64,000 nt of DNA, taken from NCBI GenBank assembly GCA_947085405.1, contig CAMTWO010000024.1:579-64578 (forward strand), given 5' to 3'. The DNA is from an uncultured Ignavibacteriota bacterium. GTDB lineage: Bacteria > Bacteroidota > Ignavibacteria > UBA10030 > BY39. The notes below the pieces were generated by a model. The model was given only the letters and a program-made list of their open reading frames with translations. It did no database searches and was not told the origin of the DNA. How positions within the stretch are numbered: position 1 is the stretch's first letter; the number at the start of each line of letters is the position of its first letter. The position numbers and the translations under genes were made by a program. Shown piece by piece: positions 46,621-57,303 of this stretch.

Positions 46621-47787
46621 TTAATGACGTCTATCGCGAAGTTGTGTAATCAAGCGTACATATTCTTCTTCTGTTAATTCACCGAATGCGTATTTATTCT
46701 CGACAGTCTCTCTATCGAAACGAGCCGCCGGAACCGAAGCAACTTTTTGATATGCTTCGTTAGAGCGAATCCTGTTGAAGCCGCGTAATGTTTCAAGCTC
46801 TTGCTCGAACATATTTTTAACAGCGGCATCGGTTAAATCGCTGTTCAACGAGTTTGAAAATTGCCGCATCGATGTTAAAGAGGCAAACTCTTTTATTCCT
46901 ATGTTCTGTAATATATCGAGGGCAATTTCAAACTCTTTGCCTTTATAATAAAAATGGTAAGCGAGTTTATATTCGTTCTCGGCTAAATACCATTCTGCAA
47001 TTTCTTTATACTCTGCCGGTGTTAGATTCGCTGAATCGTAAAAATAAAAAGCCGATTTGAAATCGTTTTCAGACCGTTTGATTTCAGCCATGCTTCTCTT
47101 GTCGTCTTCTGCCCAGTAAATCCACTCAACATATTCGTTACGGTTTAAGTCGCGGGCGAATTCTATCAATTCCGCAATGTTATCAAACCCTTTGTAAAAA
47201 AGGTACATCAATTGCTCGATATCGCGGTTGTGAGGATTTTGGATAATTGTCTGTTTTAGAATTTCGAAAAGTTCAAGTAAGTAATTTTGTGAGATTGCAA
47301 AAAAAAGCTTGATAGGAATTTTGGGTAACCTACGGAGGAAACGCATCTCGTCTAAAAAAAGAAAACTGCGCTGATTATTTGAGAGGGGAACATCGATTTC
47401 TAATTGTTCGACTGCTTTATCAAATTTTTCTTTCAGGAATATTTTTCGGTTACCTGAATACCAGGCGGCTTCGGTTGTTCTGAAAGTTGATTCAAGAAAT
47501 TGTCGCCAACATCCTAACGAAGATTCGGAATAAGAATTTTCTGCTAAAGGTAGTGTGGTTTTTAATACCTCTATCAGATTTTTATTACGAGTCTCTATCG
47601 AATCGGTCGTACCTGTGTCGCGTAAAATTTGTGTTAGAAAATGATGCTTAATCCACGGACGGCTAAACTTTTCACTGATTTCGTGCTTCTTCTGGTTTCC
47701 CTCTTTATCGACTTCAATAACAGAGTTCGGATAACCGCCATTGCCGCCTAAAATTAAACGATCTTTATGAGTTAAAAAAATTTGCAT
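46621..47787 (-). CDS. Hypothetical protein
   Basis: 388 aa, helical-repeat-like; co-oriented with, and 19 bp from, the preceding gene. Confidence 0.45.
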   Translation of the reverse strand: MQIFLTHKDRLILGGNGGYPNSVIEVDKEGNQKKHEISEKFSRPWIKHHFLTQILRDTGTTDSIETRNKNLIEVLKTTLPLAENSYSESSLGCWRQFLESTFRTTEAAWYSGNRKIFLKEKFDKAVEQLEIDVPLSNNQRSFLFLDEMRFLRRLPKIPIKLFFAISQNYLLELFEILKQTIIQNPHNRDIEQLMYLFYKGFDNIAELIEFARDLNRNEYVEWIYWAEDDKRSMAEIKRSENDFKSAFYFYDSANLTPAEYKEIAEWYLAENEYKLAYHFYYKGKEFEIALDILQNIGIKEFASLTSMRQFSNSLNSDLTDAAVKNMFEQELETLRGFNRIRSNEAYQKVASVPAARFDRETVENKYAFGELTEEEYVRLITQLRDRRH

Positions 47788-47795
47788 CTATTTAT

Positions 47796-48032
47796 TTACA
47801 GCGTTTTATGTGTACCGTCGCATTTAGGTTTGTTCTTCGTGTGCTTGCAGCCGCAAAGAGCGATCTTAGATTTCTCAGTTAACTCAAACATTTCCGGTTT
47901 GATATCGGTAGTTTTATGCGCTCCATTGCAGAATGGCTGGTTAGTGGATAAACCACAAGCGCACCAATAATATTTTCCTGGCTCAAGCTCTAAAACAATT
48001 GGAGCTTTCTGAGCTATTTTAGGTTCTGTCAT
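47796..48032 (-). CDS. CDGSH iron-sulfur domain protein (two CDGSH-type motifs)
   Basis: CACGLSTNQPFCNGAHK and CGCKHTKNKPKCDGTHK match C-x-C-x2-S/T-x3-P-x-C-D/N-G-x-H. Confidence 0.75.
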   Translation of the reverse strand: MTEPKIAQKAPIVLELEPGKYYWCACGLSTNQPFCNGAHKTTDIKPEMFELTEKSKIALCGCKHTKNKPKCDGTHKTL

Positions 48033-48164
48033 AACAAACCTCCTTTATTTTGTTTAAAGTATAATGCTTATTTTTGAAATAATCAAGTTTTTTGTTGAAA
48101 ATATATAAGTTACCCTTTTTTACTTCAGTTTTAGGATAAGATTCAACGGTTATAATCAATAAAA

Positions 48165-49823
48165 TCAACATTTCATCATCGGTACTTTTACATTAAACTT
48201 TTTAGCATTATCAATCGCACGTTCGTAACCGGCATCAGCATGACGGATGATTCCCATTCCGGGGTCGTATGTTAGAACGCGGTCAAGCCGGCGTTCGGCT
48301 TCTTTCGTCCCGTCTGCAACTACAACCATTCCCGCGTGAATCGACATTCCAATACCAACGCCGCCGCCGTGATGAACACTTACCCAGCTCGCACCTCCGA
48401 CCGCATTCAGCAGAGCGTTAAGAATGGGCCAATCGGCAATTGCATCGCTGCCGTCTTTCATTTTTTCCGTTTCGCGATTCGGGGATGCAACTGAGCCACA
48501 GTCGAGATGATCTCGCCCAATTACAATCGGGGCTTTGACTTCTCCTCTTGCAACAAGGTCGTTAAAAATTTTGCCCATCTTTGCTCGCTCACCATAACCG
48601 AGCCAACAAATTCGTGCAGGCAATCCTTGAAAATTGATTCGCTTCTGTGCCGTTTCAATCCAACGAATGAGAGGTTTATTTTCCGGAAATGTTTCTATAA
48701 TCGCTCTATCGGTTCTGTAAATATCTTCAGGGTCGCCTGAAAGCGCAGCCCAGCGGAAAGGACCTTTTCCGTCGCAGAAAAGCGGACGGATATATTCAGG
48801 CACGAAGCCGGGAATATCGAAAGCATTCATCACGCCGTTTGCAAAAGCTTCGCCGCGTATGTTGTTGCCATAATCGAAAGTTACAGCTCCCCGCTTTTGA
48901 AGTTCGATCATTGCCAGTAGATGTTCGACAATTGAAATGCGTGTCATTGCAATATATTTTTGTGGATCGCTTTGTCGAAGTGCAAGAGCTTGCTGATATG
49001 AGATTCCTGCGGGCACGTAACCATTTAGCGTGTCGTGTGCGGATGTTTGGTCGGTGAGAATATCAGGAACAATTCCGCGTTTAACAATCTCCGGTAAAAC
49101 TTCTGCAGCATTACCCAACAATCCGACACTGAGCGCTTCCTTTTTCGCTTTCGCATCGAGAATAAGTTTGAGCGCTTCATCGAGATTGTCTGTAGTTTTA
49201 TCGAGGTAGCCGGTTTTTAAACGTTTCTCGATTCTTACTCGATCCACTTCGATTACAAGAATTACAGCACCGTTCATTGTCGCGGCAAGAGGTTGAGCGC
49301 CACCCATTCCGCCAAGACCGGCAGTGAGTATGAATTTTCCTGAAAGATTTCCGCCAAAGTATTTGTTACCGCATTCCACAAATGTTTCATAAGTGCCTTG
49401 CAGAATTCCTTGCGAGCCAATATAAATCCAGCTTCCGGCTGTCATTTGTCCGTACATTGTTAAACCGAGTCCTTCCAACCGACGGAACTCATCCCACGTA
49501 GCCCAATGCGGAACGAGCATAGAATTAGAAATCAGAACTCGCGGTGCATCGGTGTGGGTTTTAAAAATTCCGACAGGTTTTCCGGATTGAACGAGAAGCG
49601 TTTCATCATTTTCAAGTTCTTTCAAGCTGCGAATAATTGCATCGTAGCATTCCCAGTTTCGGGCAGCTTTTCCTGTTCCACCGTAAACTATAAGTTCTTC
49701 CGGTTTTTCTGCAACTTCCGCATCAAGGTTGTTCATTAACATACGAAGTGCGGCTTCCTGTATCCATCCCTTGCAGGAGATTTGAGTTCCAGTTGGTGCC
49801 TTAATATTTGAACGATTACTCAT
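48165..49823 (-). CDS. hutU: Urocanate hydratase
   Basis: 552 aa. Family similarity runs the full length, including the NAD-binding GGMGGAQP region. Confidence 0.9.
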   Translation of the reverse strand: MSNRSNIKAPTGTQISCKGWIQEAALRMLMNNLDAEVAEKPEELIVYGGTGKAARNWECYDAIIRSLKELENDETLLVQSGKPVGIFKTHTDAPRVLISNSMLVPHWATWDEFRRLEGLGLTMYGQMTAGSWIYIGSQGILQGTYETFVECGNKYFGGNLSGKFILTAGLGGMGGAQPLAATMNGAVILVIEVDRVRIEKRLKTGYLDKTTDNLDEALKLILDAKAKKEALSVGLLGNAAEVLPEIVKRGIVPDILTDQTSAHDTLNGYVPAGISYQQALALRQSDPQKYIAMTRISIVEHLLAMIELQKRGAVTFDYGNNIRGEAFANGVMNAFDIPGFVPEYIRPLFCDGKGPFRWAALSGDPEDIYRTDRAIIETFPENKPLIRWIETAQKRINFQGLPARICWLGYGERAKMGKIFNDLVARGEVKAPIVIGRDHLDCGSVASPNRETEKMKDGSDAIADWPILNALLNAVGGASWVSVHHGGGVGIGMSIHAGMVVVADGTKEAERRLDRVLTYDPGMGIIRHADAGYERAIDNAKKFNVKVPMMKC

Positions 49824-49853
49824 AATAAATCCATTTTATTCTTAATAAATAAT

Positions 49854-50201
49854 TTATTTAATACTCTTCAACAAATACTCACTTAATTTTATCAATAATC
49901 GTTTGTGTCGATCAGTTGAAATTTCTCCAATGGCACCGGCTATATTTCTAATGGGAATTACTGCAAGAAAACCAAGCCTGATAAGGGATTGATTTAACAA
50001 TCCACTCTTGACGAAGTCATCATCTGATGTTGCTATTGTTTCATCGAAATTCTCAATATACAGATGTATCTGTGTGCTTATTCCACAGACTAAAACATCA
50101 CGGTAAGGAGATGGAAATTCACGTAGAATAACGGCAGGATGGTATTTGACTTTTCCGTCTGCTTGTGGAATTGGCGTGAGTATAATGTTTCCTTCCTTCA
50201 T
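49854..50201 (-). CDS. MazF/PemK-family endoribonuclease toxin
   Basis: GNIILTPIPQADGKVKYHPAVIL...DVLVCGISTQ matches the MazF core (GD.V..DF.P..G.E...RPAVVLS...C.P.TTQ). Confidence 0.65.
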   Translation of the reverse strand: MKEGNIILTPIPQADGKVKYHPAVILREFPSPYRDVLVCGISTQIHLYIENFDETIATSDDDFVKSGLLNQSLIRLGFLAVIPIRNIAGAIGEISTDRHKRLLIKLSEYLLKSIK

Positions 50202-50434
50202 TTTCGATATTCAGGGTTTGGTTCTTTAATTTTTGCAATCTTGTATTCCGGGTCGTTTTCCCCATAGGATCTCTCAAGCGATATCATAGAAAGAGTTGCC
50301 CAGTCACTACGGTCAACCTCTAACTTTTCTGATAGAACAGTAATTAAAAGTTTCGTGTTTGGTGTCAGATCAATAGGCTCATCAGGACAAATATTTTTAC
50401 CATCGAAATGAGCTGTTATTGTTTGAAGCTTCAT
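50198..50434 (-). CDS. Putative antitoxin for the MazF-like toxin
   Basis: 78-aa ORF immediately upstream of the toxin, overlapping it by 4 nt (ATGA). Confidence 0.4.
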   Translation of the reverse strand: MKLQTITAHFDGKNICPDEPIDLTPNTKLLITVLSEKLEVDRSDWATLSMISLERSYGENDPEYKIAKIKEPNPEYRK

Positions 50435-50444
50435 AAAACATCCT

Positions 50445-50927
50445 TTATAATTTATAGCCGATTTTTCTTAGAAAATCTTTTCTGAATTTAATATCGTCGT
50501 CAGTTTCGATACCCTTTGTTTTTAATCCGTCGATAACGCCAAGGATTCCACGACCTTGTTCGGTTTCTGCGATTATTACTTCGACTGGATTAGCGGTCGC
50601 ACAAAAGATATGGCAAACTTCAGGCACCATTTTAATTGTGTTGAGAATGTTTATCGGAAAACCATTTTCCATAAACAAAACGAATGAATGACCGGCGGAT
50701 AAAATCAAAGCATTCTTCTTTGCAATTTCGATTAGGTTTTGGTCATTACCGATATATCTTGCGAGCGACGGACCTGACGCTTCACAAAACGCAAGACCGA
50801 ATTTGATATTAGGGTTTGTCGAAACCACAGCTTCGTAAATATCTTCGACAGTTTTTATAAAATGCGCCTGCCCGAGTATGAAGTTCATATCGGCTGGCTT
50901 TTCAATTTTTACAATTTTTAGTTCCAT
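50445..50927 (-). CDS. Adenosine-specific kinase family (PF04008-like) protein
   Basis: 160 aa. MELKIVKIEKPADMNFILGQAHFIKTVEDIYEAV...CEASGPSL. Confidence 0.6.
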   Translation of the reverse strand: MELKIVKIEKPADMNFILGQAHFIKTVEDIYEAVVSTNPNIKFGLAFCEASGPSLARYIGNDQNLIEIAKKNALILSAGHSFVLFMENGFPINILNTIKMVPEVCHIFCATANPVEVIIAETEQGRGILGVIDGLKTKGIETDDDIKFRKDFLRKIGYKL

Positions 50928-50951
50928 ACTATTCTCCTATAATAAAGTATA

Positions 50952-51416
50952 TTAAATTTTCTTATCCAAAATCCGACTTAATTTTTTCGTGGTATTAGTT
51001 ATATGCGCCCCTTTCCAAAATACCTTCTTGCATTTCGGGCATTCGTAAAACTCAGTAAACCCTTCCCACGACCGTTGCGGGACTCTACTTTTGACAGTTT
51101 CCTTATCAATGACTTTTTCTACTTCTACATTACATTCAACACATCGTGAAAAAAGTTTTGTGGTTGTATCTAAACCAAACTGAGCAATAACACGTTTCAT
51201 CTGAACGTCAAAGTTTTCGCTGCAGATGTCGTAAAGAGTAACCGGTGTGATGCTCTCGGGAAAAGATTTCCGACGAGTTAGAAACACCCGATCCTCGCTG
51301 TTGCTTATATCTACCAGTTCTTTAAGCGATTTAGAGGAATCGTAAACAACATCGTTTCCTATAAGGCGAAGCCAACGGGCTAATTTCTCGAGCATCGTAT
51401 CAGCCACAAATTTCAT
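50952..51416 (-). CDS. Mut7-C RNase domain (DUF82) protein with C-terminal zinc ribbon
   Basis: MKFVADTMLEKLARWLRLIGNDVVYD...SRCVECN...CPKCKKVFWKGAH. Confidence 0.7.
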   Translation of the reverse strand: MKFVADTMLEKLARWLRLIGNDVVYDSSKSLKELVDISNSEDRVFLTRRKSFPESITPVTLYDICSENFDVQMKRVIAQFGLDTTTKLFSRCVECNVEVEKVIDKETVKSRVPQRSWEGFTEFYECPKCKKVFWKGAHITNTTKKLSRILDKKI

Positions 51417-51656
51417 GATAAACCTCTAAAGACTTTTACTAAATTTACGGATTTATTAGTTCAAAAAGAATATTGTGCGTTTTGATTATCTTAACTCCCT
51501 CAAAGTTCCTATTGCCGTTATTGATGAACGCTGCAAAACGAGAAAAGGGACTTAGAAATGAACTGAAATTGGTAATCGAAAATATGCAGCCATACTTTGG
51601 TCCGGCACTTCAGGCACGAAGCAGAGCAATATTACGAGAACTTAGTCGTTGAAAAA

Positions 51657-51743
51657 TCCCAAACTTGTGGTGAGCGAAGTCGAACCATCCTAATACGTCG
51701 TCCTCTGCTTTGTAATCTTCACGTCTTGCAACTGCGAAGCTTT
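51657..51743. repeat. Direct repeat copy A (~85 bp), a duplicate of the lptD 3' end
   Basis: tcccaaacttgtggtgagCGAAGtcgaaccatcctaatacgtcgtcctctgctttgtaatcttcacgtcttgcaactgcgaagcttt is identical to 52404-52485 except for a 5-nt insertion (cgaag). Confidence 0.8.
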
Positions 51744-52099
51744 TATTCTTCTCGTATACGAATTCTTGTTTCTTCCACAACCCAAAGCTTGCCGACAATT
51801 TCTTCTTTTATTAAAAGTTTGAGTAAGTTTTTGAAGACTTCTAATACATATAATTTATCGGATTTTATTAGTCTCAGAACAATAATTCCATTGTATTCTT
51901 TCGGGGGATAAGTTCTTATGTCAGAAAAATCTAAATCAAGGCTAACTAAAACCTTTTTCTCTTTTTTGCAAATATCAGCAATTGTTGAATCAGGTTTTCC
52001 GCTTAAATGTTCTTCATAAACTGTGCAAGCTTCCCAATTTTCGGATTTTAATAAATCAGCTAATTCGACAGGTAAATTTTCATCTAATTTGAAAATCAC
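51743..52099 (-). CDS. DUF5615 (Mut7-C/PIN-like) protein, toxin-like partner of DUF433
   Basis: MIFKLDENLPVELADLLKSENWEACTVYE...VLVSLDLDFSDIRTYPPKEYNGIIVLR. Confidence 0.7.
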   Translation of the reverse strand: MIFKLDENLPVELADLLKSENWEACTVYEEHLSGKPDSTIADICKKEKKVLVSLDLDFSDIRTYPPKEYNGIIVLRLIKSDKLYVLEVFKNLLKLLIKEEIVGKLWVVEETRIRIREE

Positions 52100-52101
52100 A
52101 G

Positions 52102-52344
<243 letters not shown>

Positions 52345-52403
52345 TTAATTATTCACTTAAAATTTATTCATAATTAATTTAATAATCAATCATGCATTCC
52401 AAA

Positions 52404-52485
52404 TTCCCAAACTTGTGGTGAGTCGAACCATCCTAATACGTCGTCCTCTGCTTTGTAATCTTCACGTCTTGCAACTGCGAAGCTT
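52404..52485. repeat. Direct repeat copy B (82 bp), forming the genuine 3' end of lptD
   Basis: See copy A. This copy encodes the C-terminal ~17 codons of the LptD ORF. Confidence 0.8.
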
Positions 52486-54919
52486 TCACACGTATTTCAA
52501 GTTTGTAATGCTTGTAGTTACCCATAGGAACCCATTCGAAATTCATAACCCAGCAATGCAGGTCGCGGTCGATACTTATACTCGGTGCTGAAATTTCTTT
52601 TCGTATCAAATCGTAATTGCCGTTCATTCTGAATTTCCAATTTTCTGTAAGATTAAATTCGAGAGATGTTGATATATTTGCTGATCGGTGTTTTGCTCTT
52701 GGTATATAACTTTCAGAAAAATTCCAGCTAAAAGATAGCCGCCATGGGATTGAGAAATCCGGTTCATCCCGCTGGTATAAGCCCTGATATCCGCTTTTGC
52801 GTTGTTGAACAGTATCGGTTTCCGATAATCCACCGGCTTTTTGCTTCCTATCTCCCGAAAGCGAAGTTGATAAACTAAGGGAGAAATTTTCCAAACGTGC
52901 TAACTTACCCTCGCTTATCATAAACTTATTAACCAACCGGTTTGACGTTTCATCAAATTTATACAAATTAAAACTGCTTGAGCCGCTGAAGTTCAATAAT
53001 TCACCAATACTTGTCCGGTAACCAACTCCGACGTTCGATAAATTTAAACTGTCGGCTGAAAAATTGTAGGAAACATTTGCACCAACATTCAGCAGTTGAA
53101 TTTTTTGTTCTTCCTGCTCTTCGGCTTTCGGTTTCAATTTCATTTCGAACTGATTTCCAACGTCGAAGCTTGCAAGCATCTGTCCTTTAGTAATATTCTT
53201 CCCATACATCTGTTTTGAATAATTGAATGCAAGGTTTGGCGTAACTGTGTGGCGGAATGCTGTAACGCCCAAAACATTCGGTTGAACAATTCCGTACACA
53301 CGTGTATTTGCCGAAACGCCCGACGAAATAAACCCGGCAAAATAATAATCTCTTTCGTTTATTTCCTGCAGAGTGCTATCGGCTGTATTGAGTATCGGAA
53401 CAAAATTATTGCTCTGCCTTCGTTCATCACGGAACGACAAGCTTGGTGTAACAGAGATATATCCGAATTTTGGCGATATGCTAATGCCGGAACTTTGATT
53501 TAATGCTTGTCGATTATCGCGTCTGAAAGTTTCAATATTTACGACCGGAACTGTTACAGGAATTTTTGCCCGGCTGTTAGAAGAATTTGCCTGGTAATTA
53601 TATCCGATTTGTTCATACCAAAGAAGATCTCCGATTACTTTTTTTCTGCGAAATGGATAACTCATACTTCGATTGAAACTGATGGCGGGCAATATTTCAT
53701 CAATTCTTCCGTTTGTTAAATTTTGTGTTCGCGATAAGTTCATTGAGCCGCTATTTTTTGTTCCTTCCCAGGATTTTGAGATTGTAGCATTTGAATATAT
53801 CGTTTGCTGTAACGCTTCCGATAAAGAGTTAGTTAATCTAAAATTATTATTACTCATAAATGAAAAATTTACATCAGCACGCATCGTCGGATCAATTTCT
53901 TGATTGTGCCGCAGGTTTAAGTTGTAGCCTTCATCTATTGAATAATTTGGATCGTTCTTTTCAGATGTAATAAATCGTTTGTACGCTCCTGAAATTCCGC
54001 CGCTAAATTTATAACGGAGTATGTAATTGAATTCAGAATTTACGATGTAGCTTCCGTTTGTGTACCAATCGCCGTGCAAAGCCAAATCGGTGTAGTCGCT
54101 CATCGCCCAGTAGTAACCGATTTTTCTGAGAAATCGTCCGTAGGTTGCGTTATCGCCATAAGCCGGAGCGAAGAAACCTGAACGTCTTCCCGATTTACTC
54201 GGAAAAACTCCAAAGGGAAGTGCAAACACCGGAACATCCGCAATGTGAAAGTAAATCGGTTCTGCAATTACTTTGTCGCGCACAATCATTTTCATTTTTG
54301 GGGATAGAAAATAAAAGTGCGGTTGGTCTTTATCGCAAGTGGTGTATTTACCATCGGCGATGAATAGCACATCTTTGCTCATCTTTTTAACCCGGCTGCC
54401 GTAGTAAATACCTTCGTCCGATTTTGTGTCGGCGAGTTTAATGTTGCCTTTCTGAGTTTTGAAGTTGTATAAAAGCTCGTGTCCTCTGAATTCCTCGCCG
54501 CCGTCAATCATTATCGGCGTGCCGGCATATTTTTTACCGGTCGTATCTGCGGTGTCGATGATGCCATGTGCATTCATCATCGCTGTGTGCCAGTTGATAT
54601 TGATACGTTCCGATTTCAACTCCATCAATTTATATTTGATGTTCGATTTACCATATAGCATCATCTTGCGGTTGGAGATTGAATAGACGATAGAATCTGT
54701 AGAAGAATATGTGATGGTCGTGTCGATACCGGATTGGCGCGGGGCTATTTCGGTTTTGAGAGTGTCTTGAACTAATGTTGTATCTGCAATCACACTTGAT
54801 TGTGGGGTAAAAATAGAATCAACAGATCTATTTTCCATCCCCCAAAGATAAGTCGTGTTGAGATTGGTTATTGATAGAACTAAAATTAAGAGTAAAATAT
54901 TTAAAAAATTATGAAACAT
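52433..54919 (-). CDS. lptD: LPS-assembly outer membrane protein LptD (OstA-like N-domain plus beta-barrel)
   Basis: 828 aa. KYTTCDKDQPHFYFLSPKMKMIVRDKVIAEPIYFHIADVPVFALPFGVFPSKSGRRSGFFAPAYG is collinear with the E. coli LptD region SYTTCEPGSNSWY...[25 protein letters not shown]. Confidence 0.85.
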   Translation of the reverse strand: MFHNFLNILLLILVLSITNLNTTYLWGMENRSVDSIFTPQSSVIADTTLVQDTLKTEIAPRQSGIDTTITYSSTDSIVYSISNRKMMLYGKSNIKYKLMELKSERININWHTAMMNAHGIIDTADTTGKKYAGTPIMIDGGEEFRGHELLYNFKTQKGNIKLADTKSDEGIYYGSRVKKMSKDVLFIADGKYTTCDKDQPHFYFLSPKMKMIVRDKVIAEPIYFHIADVPVFALPFGVFPSKSGRRSGFFAPAYGDNATYGRFLRKIGYYWAMSDYTDLALHGDWYTNGSYIVNSEFNYILRYKFSGGISGAYKRFITSEKNDPNYSIDEGYNLNLRHNQEIDPTMRADVNFSFMSNNNFRLTNSLSEALQQTIYSNATISKSWEGTKNSGSMNLSRTQNLTNGRIDEILPAISFNRSMSYPFRRKKVIGDLLWYEQIGYNYQANSSNSRAKIPVTVPVVNIETFRRDNRQALNQSSGISISPKFGYISVTPSLSFRDERRQSNNFVPILNTADSTLQEINERDYYFAGFISSGVSANTRVYGIVQPNVLGVTAFRHTVTPNLAFNYSKQMYGKNITKGQMLASFDVGNQFEMKLKPKAEEQEEQKIQLLNVGANVSYNFSADSLNLSNVGVGYRTSIGELLNFSGSSSFNLYKFDETSNRLVNKFMISEGKLARLENFSLSLSTSLSGDRKQKAGGLSETDTVQQRKSGYQGLYQRDEPDFSIPWRLSFSWNFSESYIPRAKHRSANISTSLEFNLTENWKFRMNGNYDLIRKEISAPSISIDRDLHCWVMNFEWVPMGNYKHYKLEIRVKASQLQDVKITKQRTTY

Positions 54920-54935
54920 TAATGATTTTCGTTAT

Positions 54936-55907
54936 TCATTTATTCATCACAAGACTTGCGGCGCCAAAAACTCCTGCAGTATTGCCAAGTTTTGCAGGTA
55001 TCACTTTCACATCGGGCTTGATAGAAGTTAAAACTCTGCTGCGTACAGATTTTGTAATCGCATTAAAAACATATTCGCCCGCCGCCGAAATCCCGCCGCC
55101 AACGACTACAATTCTTAAATCAAGCACGTTCAATATCGAAGCTATTGCAACTCCTAACAAATTACCGGCTTCTGATAATATTTCTTTTGCAAACGGATCG
55201 TCTTGTTCCGCTGCGACTGAAATAATATACGGCTCAATCAAACCAAGGTTACCTTTTACAAGCTGAATAATTTTTGATTGCGGTGCTTCTTTAGGCAGCT
55301 GCTCAAGTTTTTGCCGCGTTCGCTCGGAAAGATATCGCTGTCCGATGTAACTTTCGATGCAGCCGCGATTTCCACAATTACACAAAGGTCCGTTGTAATC
55401 GATAGTTGTATGTCCGATTTCGCCGGCACCGCCAAAAGGACCGCGGTAAATTTTGTTATCGAGTATAATACCGCCGCCAACACCAGTTCCCCAAATAACG
55501 AATAAAAAATTTTGATAGTCGATTCCAGCTCCAAATTTAGCCTCACCGAGTGCGGCTGCATTTGCATCGTTCTCTACAACTACTGGAAGATTAAATTCCT
55601 TTTTGATTACTTCACCTAAATTCACTTCAGTCCAATCTGTAAAATTGGGTGGATTCTTTACTGTGCTGTTATCGTTCTCAACAATTCCGGGCGCCCCGAT
55701 TCCGATACCGGTAAATTCATCGTACCGATATTCTAACATCAATTCCTTGATGATTACGTTCAATTGTTGTAAAACAGCACTCGGTCCTCGTAATGCAAAC
55801 GTATCAACTTTTTGCTGTGAAAGAATTTTACTTTCGACGATATCCACAACTCCGCCTTTAATAGTCGTAGCGCCGATGTCAATGCCGATTGCGAGATTGC
55901 GTTTCAT
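54936..55907 (-). CDS. ROK family sugar kinase (glucokinase/N-acetylglucosamine kinase-like)
   Basis: LAIGIDIGATTIKGGVVD, plus the zinc motif CNCGNRGCIESY. Start taken at MKRNL, giving an ATGA overlap with rarA; an upstream in-frame ATG also exists. Confidence 0.8.
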   Translation of the reverse strand: MKRNLAIGIDIGATTIKGGVVDIVESKILSQQKVDTFALRGPSAVLQQLNVIIKELMLEYRYDEFTGIGIGAPGIVENDNSTVKNPPNFTDWTEVNLGEVIKKEFNLPVVVENDANAAALGEAKFGAGIDYQNFLFVIWGTGVGGGIILDNKIYRGPFGGAGEIGHTTIDYNGPLCNCGNRGCIESYIGQRYLSERTRQKLEQLPKEAPQSKIIQLVKGNLGLIEPYIISVAAEQDDPFAKEILSEAGNLLGVAIASILNVLDLRIVVVGGGISAAGEYVFNAITKSVRSRVLTSIKPDVKVIPAKLGNTAGVFGAASLVMNK

Positions 55908-57253
55908 CTTTTCTTTTTCTTCCAAAGTTGGTTTAATCTTTCTCTCAAAGTTTTCTCTCTTCCATAATCGGTCGGCTTGTAATAAATTTTGTCTTTTAAA
56001 TTATCGGGAAGGAACTGCATTTCCACAAAACCGTCTTCGTAATTGTGGGCATACTTATAATCTTTTGAATATCCAAGTTCTTCCATCAATTTTGTCGGGG
56101 CGTTGCGGATGTGAAGCGGCACTGCCTCGTTCGGCAAGTTTCGCACGTCAGCCATTGCTTTTTCGATGGCAGTGTACGAAGCGTTGCTTTTCGGAACAGA
56201 TGCCAGATAAGTGGCAGTTTGTGAAAGCACGATACGGGCTTCCGGCATACCGATGTAATCGACGGCAGTGAAACAACTTGTAGCCAACGTAAGTGAATAC
56301 GGGTCGGCATTGCCGATGTCTTCCGATGCAAGCACAATCATTCTGCGGGCAATGAATTTCGGGTCTTCGCCGGCTTCTAACATTCGGGCGAGCCAATAAA
56401 CCGCAGCGTCGGGATCGCTGCCGCGAATACTTTTTATGAATGCTGAAATTATGTTATAATGTTCCTCGCCTGCTTTATCGTACTTGATTGCCTTCCGTTG
56501 AAATGCTGCCTCGATAATTTTTTTTGTAAGAACTTTTTCGCCTGTTTTGTTTTGCTTGGTTAGCTGTACACTTGTTTCAATTCCATTTAATAAAATTCGT
56601 GCATCACCGCCTGAAAGTAAAATAAGATGGTCGATCACATCATCCGGAAATTGCAGCTTTTGTTTTTTTAGAAATTCATCACCATCGACAGCTTGATTTA
56701 ATATTTGGATGAGTTCAACTTTCGCGAGAGGCTCAAGCACATAAACTTTGCATCGCGATAGAAGTGGTGAGATGACCTCGAAAGAAGGATTTTCAGTTGT
56801 AGCGCCGATTAGTGTTATCACGCCATCTTCAACGCTGTGAAGAAGTGCATCTTGCTGTGCTTTGTTGAAGCGATGGATTTCGTCGATGAAAAGTATTGTC
56901 TTTTTATTGAAATGTTTGCGGTTTGCTTCTGCCCGCTCAATAACAGTGCGAACATCTTTTACTCCTGACGAAACTGCACTGAGTTGAAAAAAATCGGCTT
57001 TTGTGTGGTTTGCAACGATACGCGCGAGTGTGGTTTTGCCGCACCCCGGCGGTCCCCAAAATATTATAGAGGGAAGCTCATCGTGCTCGATTAAAACCCG
57101 CAACGGCATCGCTTCGCCAAGCAAATGTGCCTGCCCAACAAACTCATCCAAAGTTTTCGGACGTGCTCGTTCGGCTAATGGACTTAATCCCGCCTTGTTA
57201 CTTTTTTGATATGTGTTGTTAAATAATTCCAAGTATGTAAATCCAAATTTCAA
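55904..57253 (-). CDS. rarA: Replication-associated recombination protein A (AAA+ ATPase MgsA/RarA)
   Basis: LAERARPKTLDEFVGQAHL, Walker A GPPGCGKTTLA, Walker B ILFIDEIHRF; 449 aa. Confidence 0.9.
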   Translation of the reverse strand: MKFGFTYLELFNNTYQKSNKAGLSPLAERARPKTLDEFVGQAHLLGEAMPLRVLIEHDELPSIIFWGPPGCGKTTLARIVANHTKADFFQLSAVSSGVKDVRTVIERAEANRKHFNKKTILFIDEIHRFNKAQQDALLHSVEDGVITLIGATTENPSFEVISPLLSRCKVYVLEPLAKVELIQILNQAVDGDEFLKKQKLQFPDDVIDHLILLSGGDARILLNGIETSVQLTKQNKTGEKVLTKKIIEAAFQRKAIKYDKAGEEHYNIISAFIKSIRGSDPDAAVYWLARMLEAGEDPKFIARRMIVLASEDIGNADPYSLTLATSCFTAVDYIGMPEARIVLSQTATYLASVPKSNASYTAIEKAMADVRNLPNEAVPLHIRNAPTKLMEELGYSKDYKYAHNYEDGFVEMQFLPDNLKDKIYYKPTDYGREKTLRERLNQLWKKKKR

Positions 57254-57303
57254 ATACTACCAAATAAATCCCAAAGGCAAAAACAAAATACAAAATGGCG
57301 AAT

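Noticed and set aside
51657-51743. tRNA-like appearance of the repeat (GGTTCGA...CCA on the minus strand)
   Set aside because: The reverse complement (GCTTCGCAGTTGCAAGACG...GGATGGTTCGACT(TCGC)TCACCA) cannot be folded into an acceptor stem/T-arm cloverleaf. The second copy is demonstrably the coding 3' end of lptD, so this is a duplicated gene end rather than a tRNA gene.
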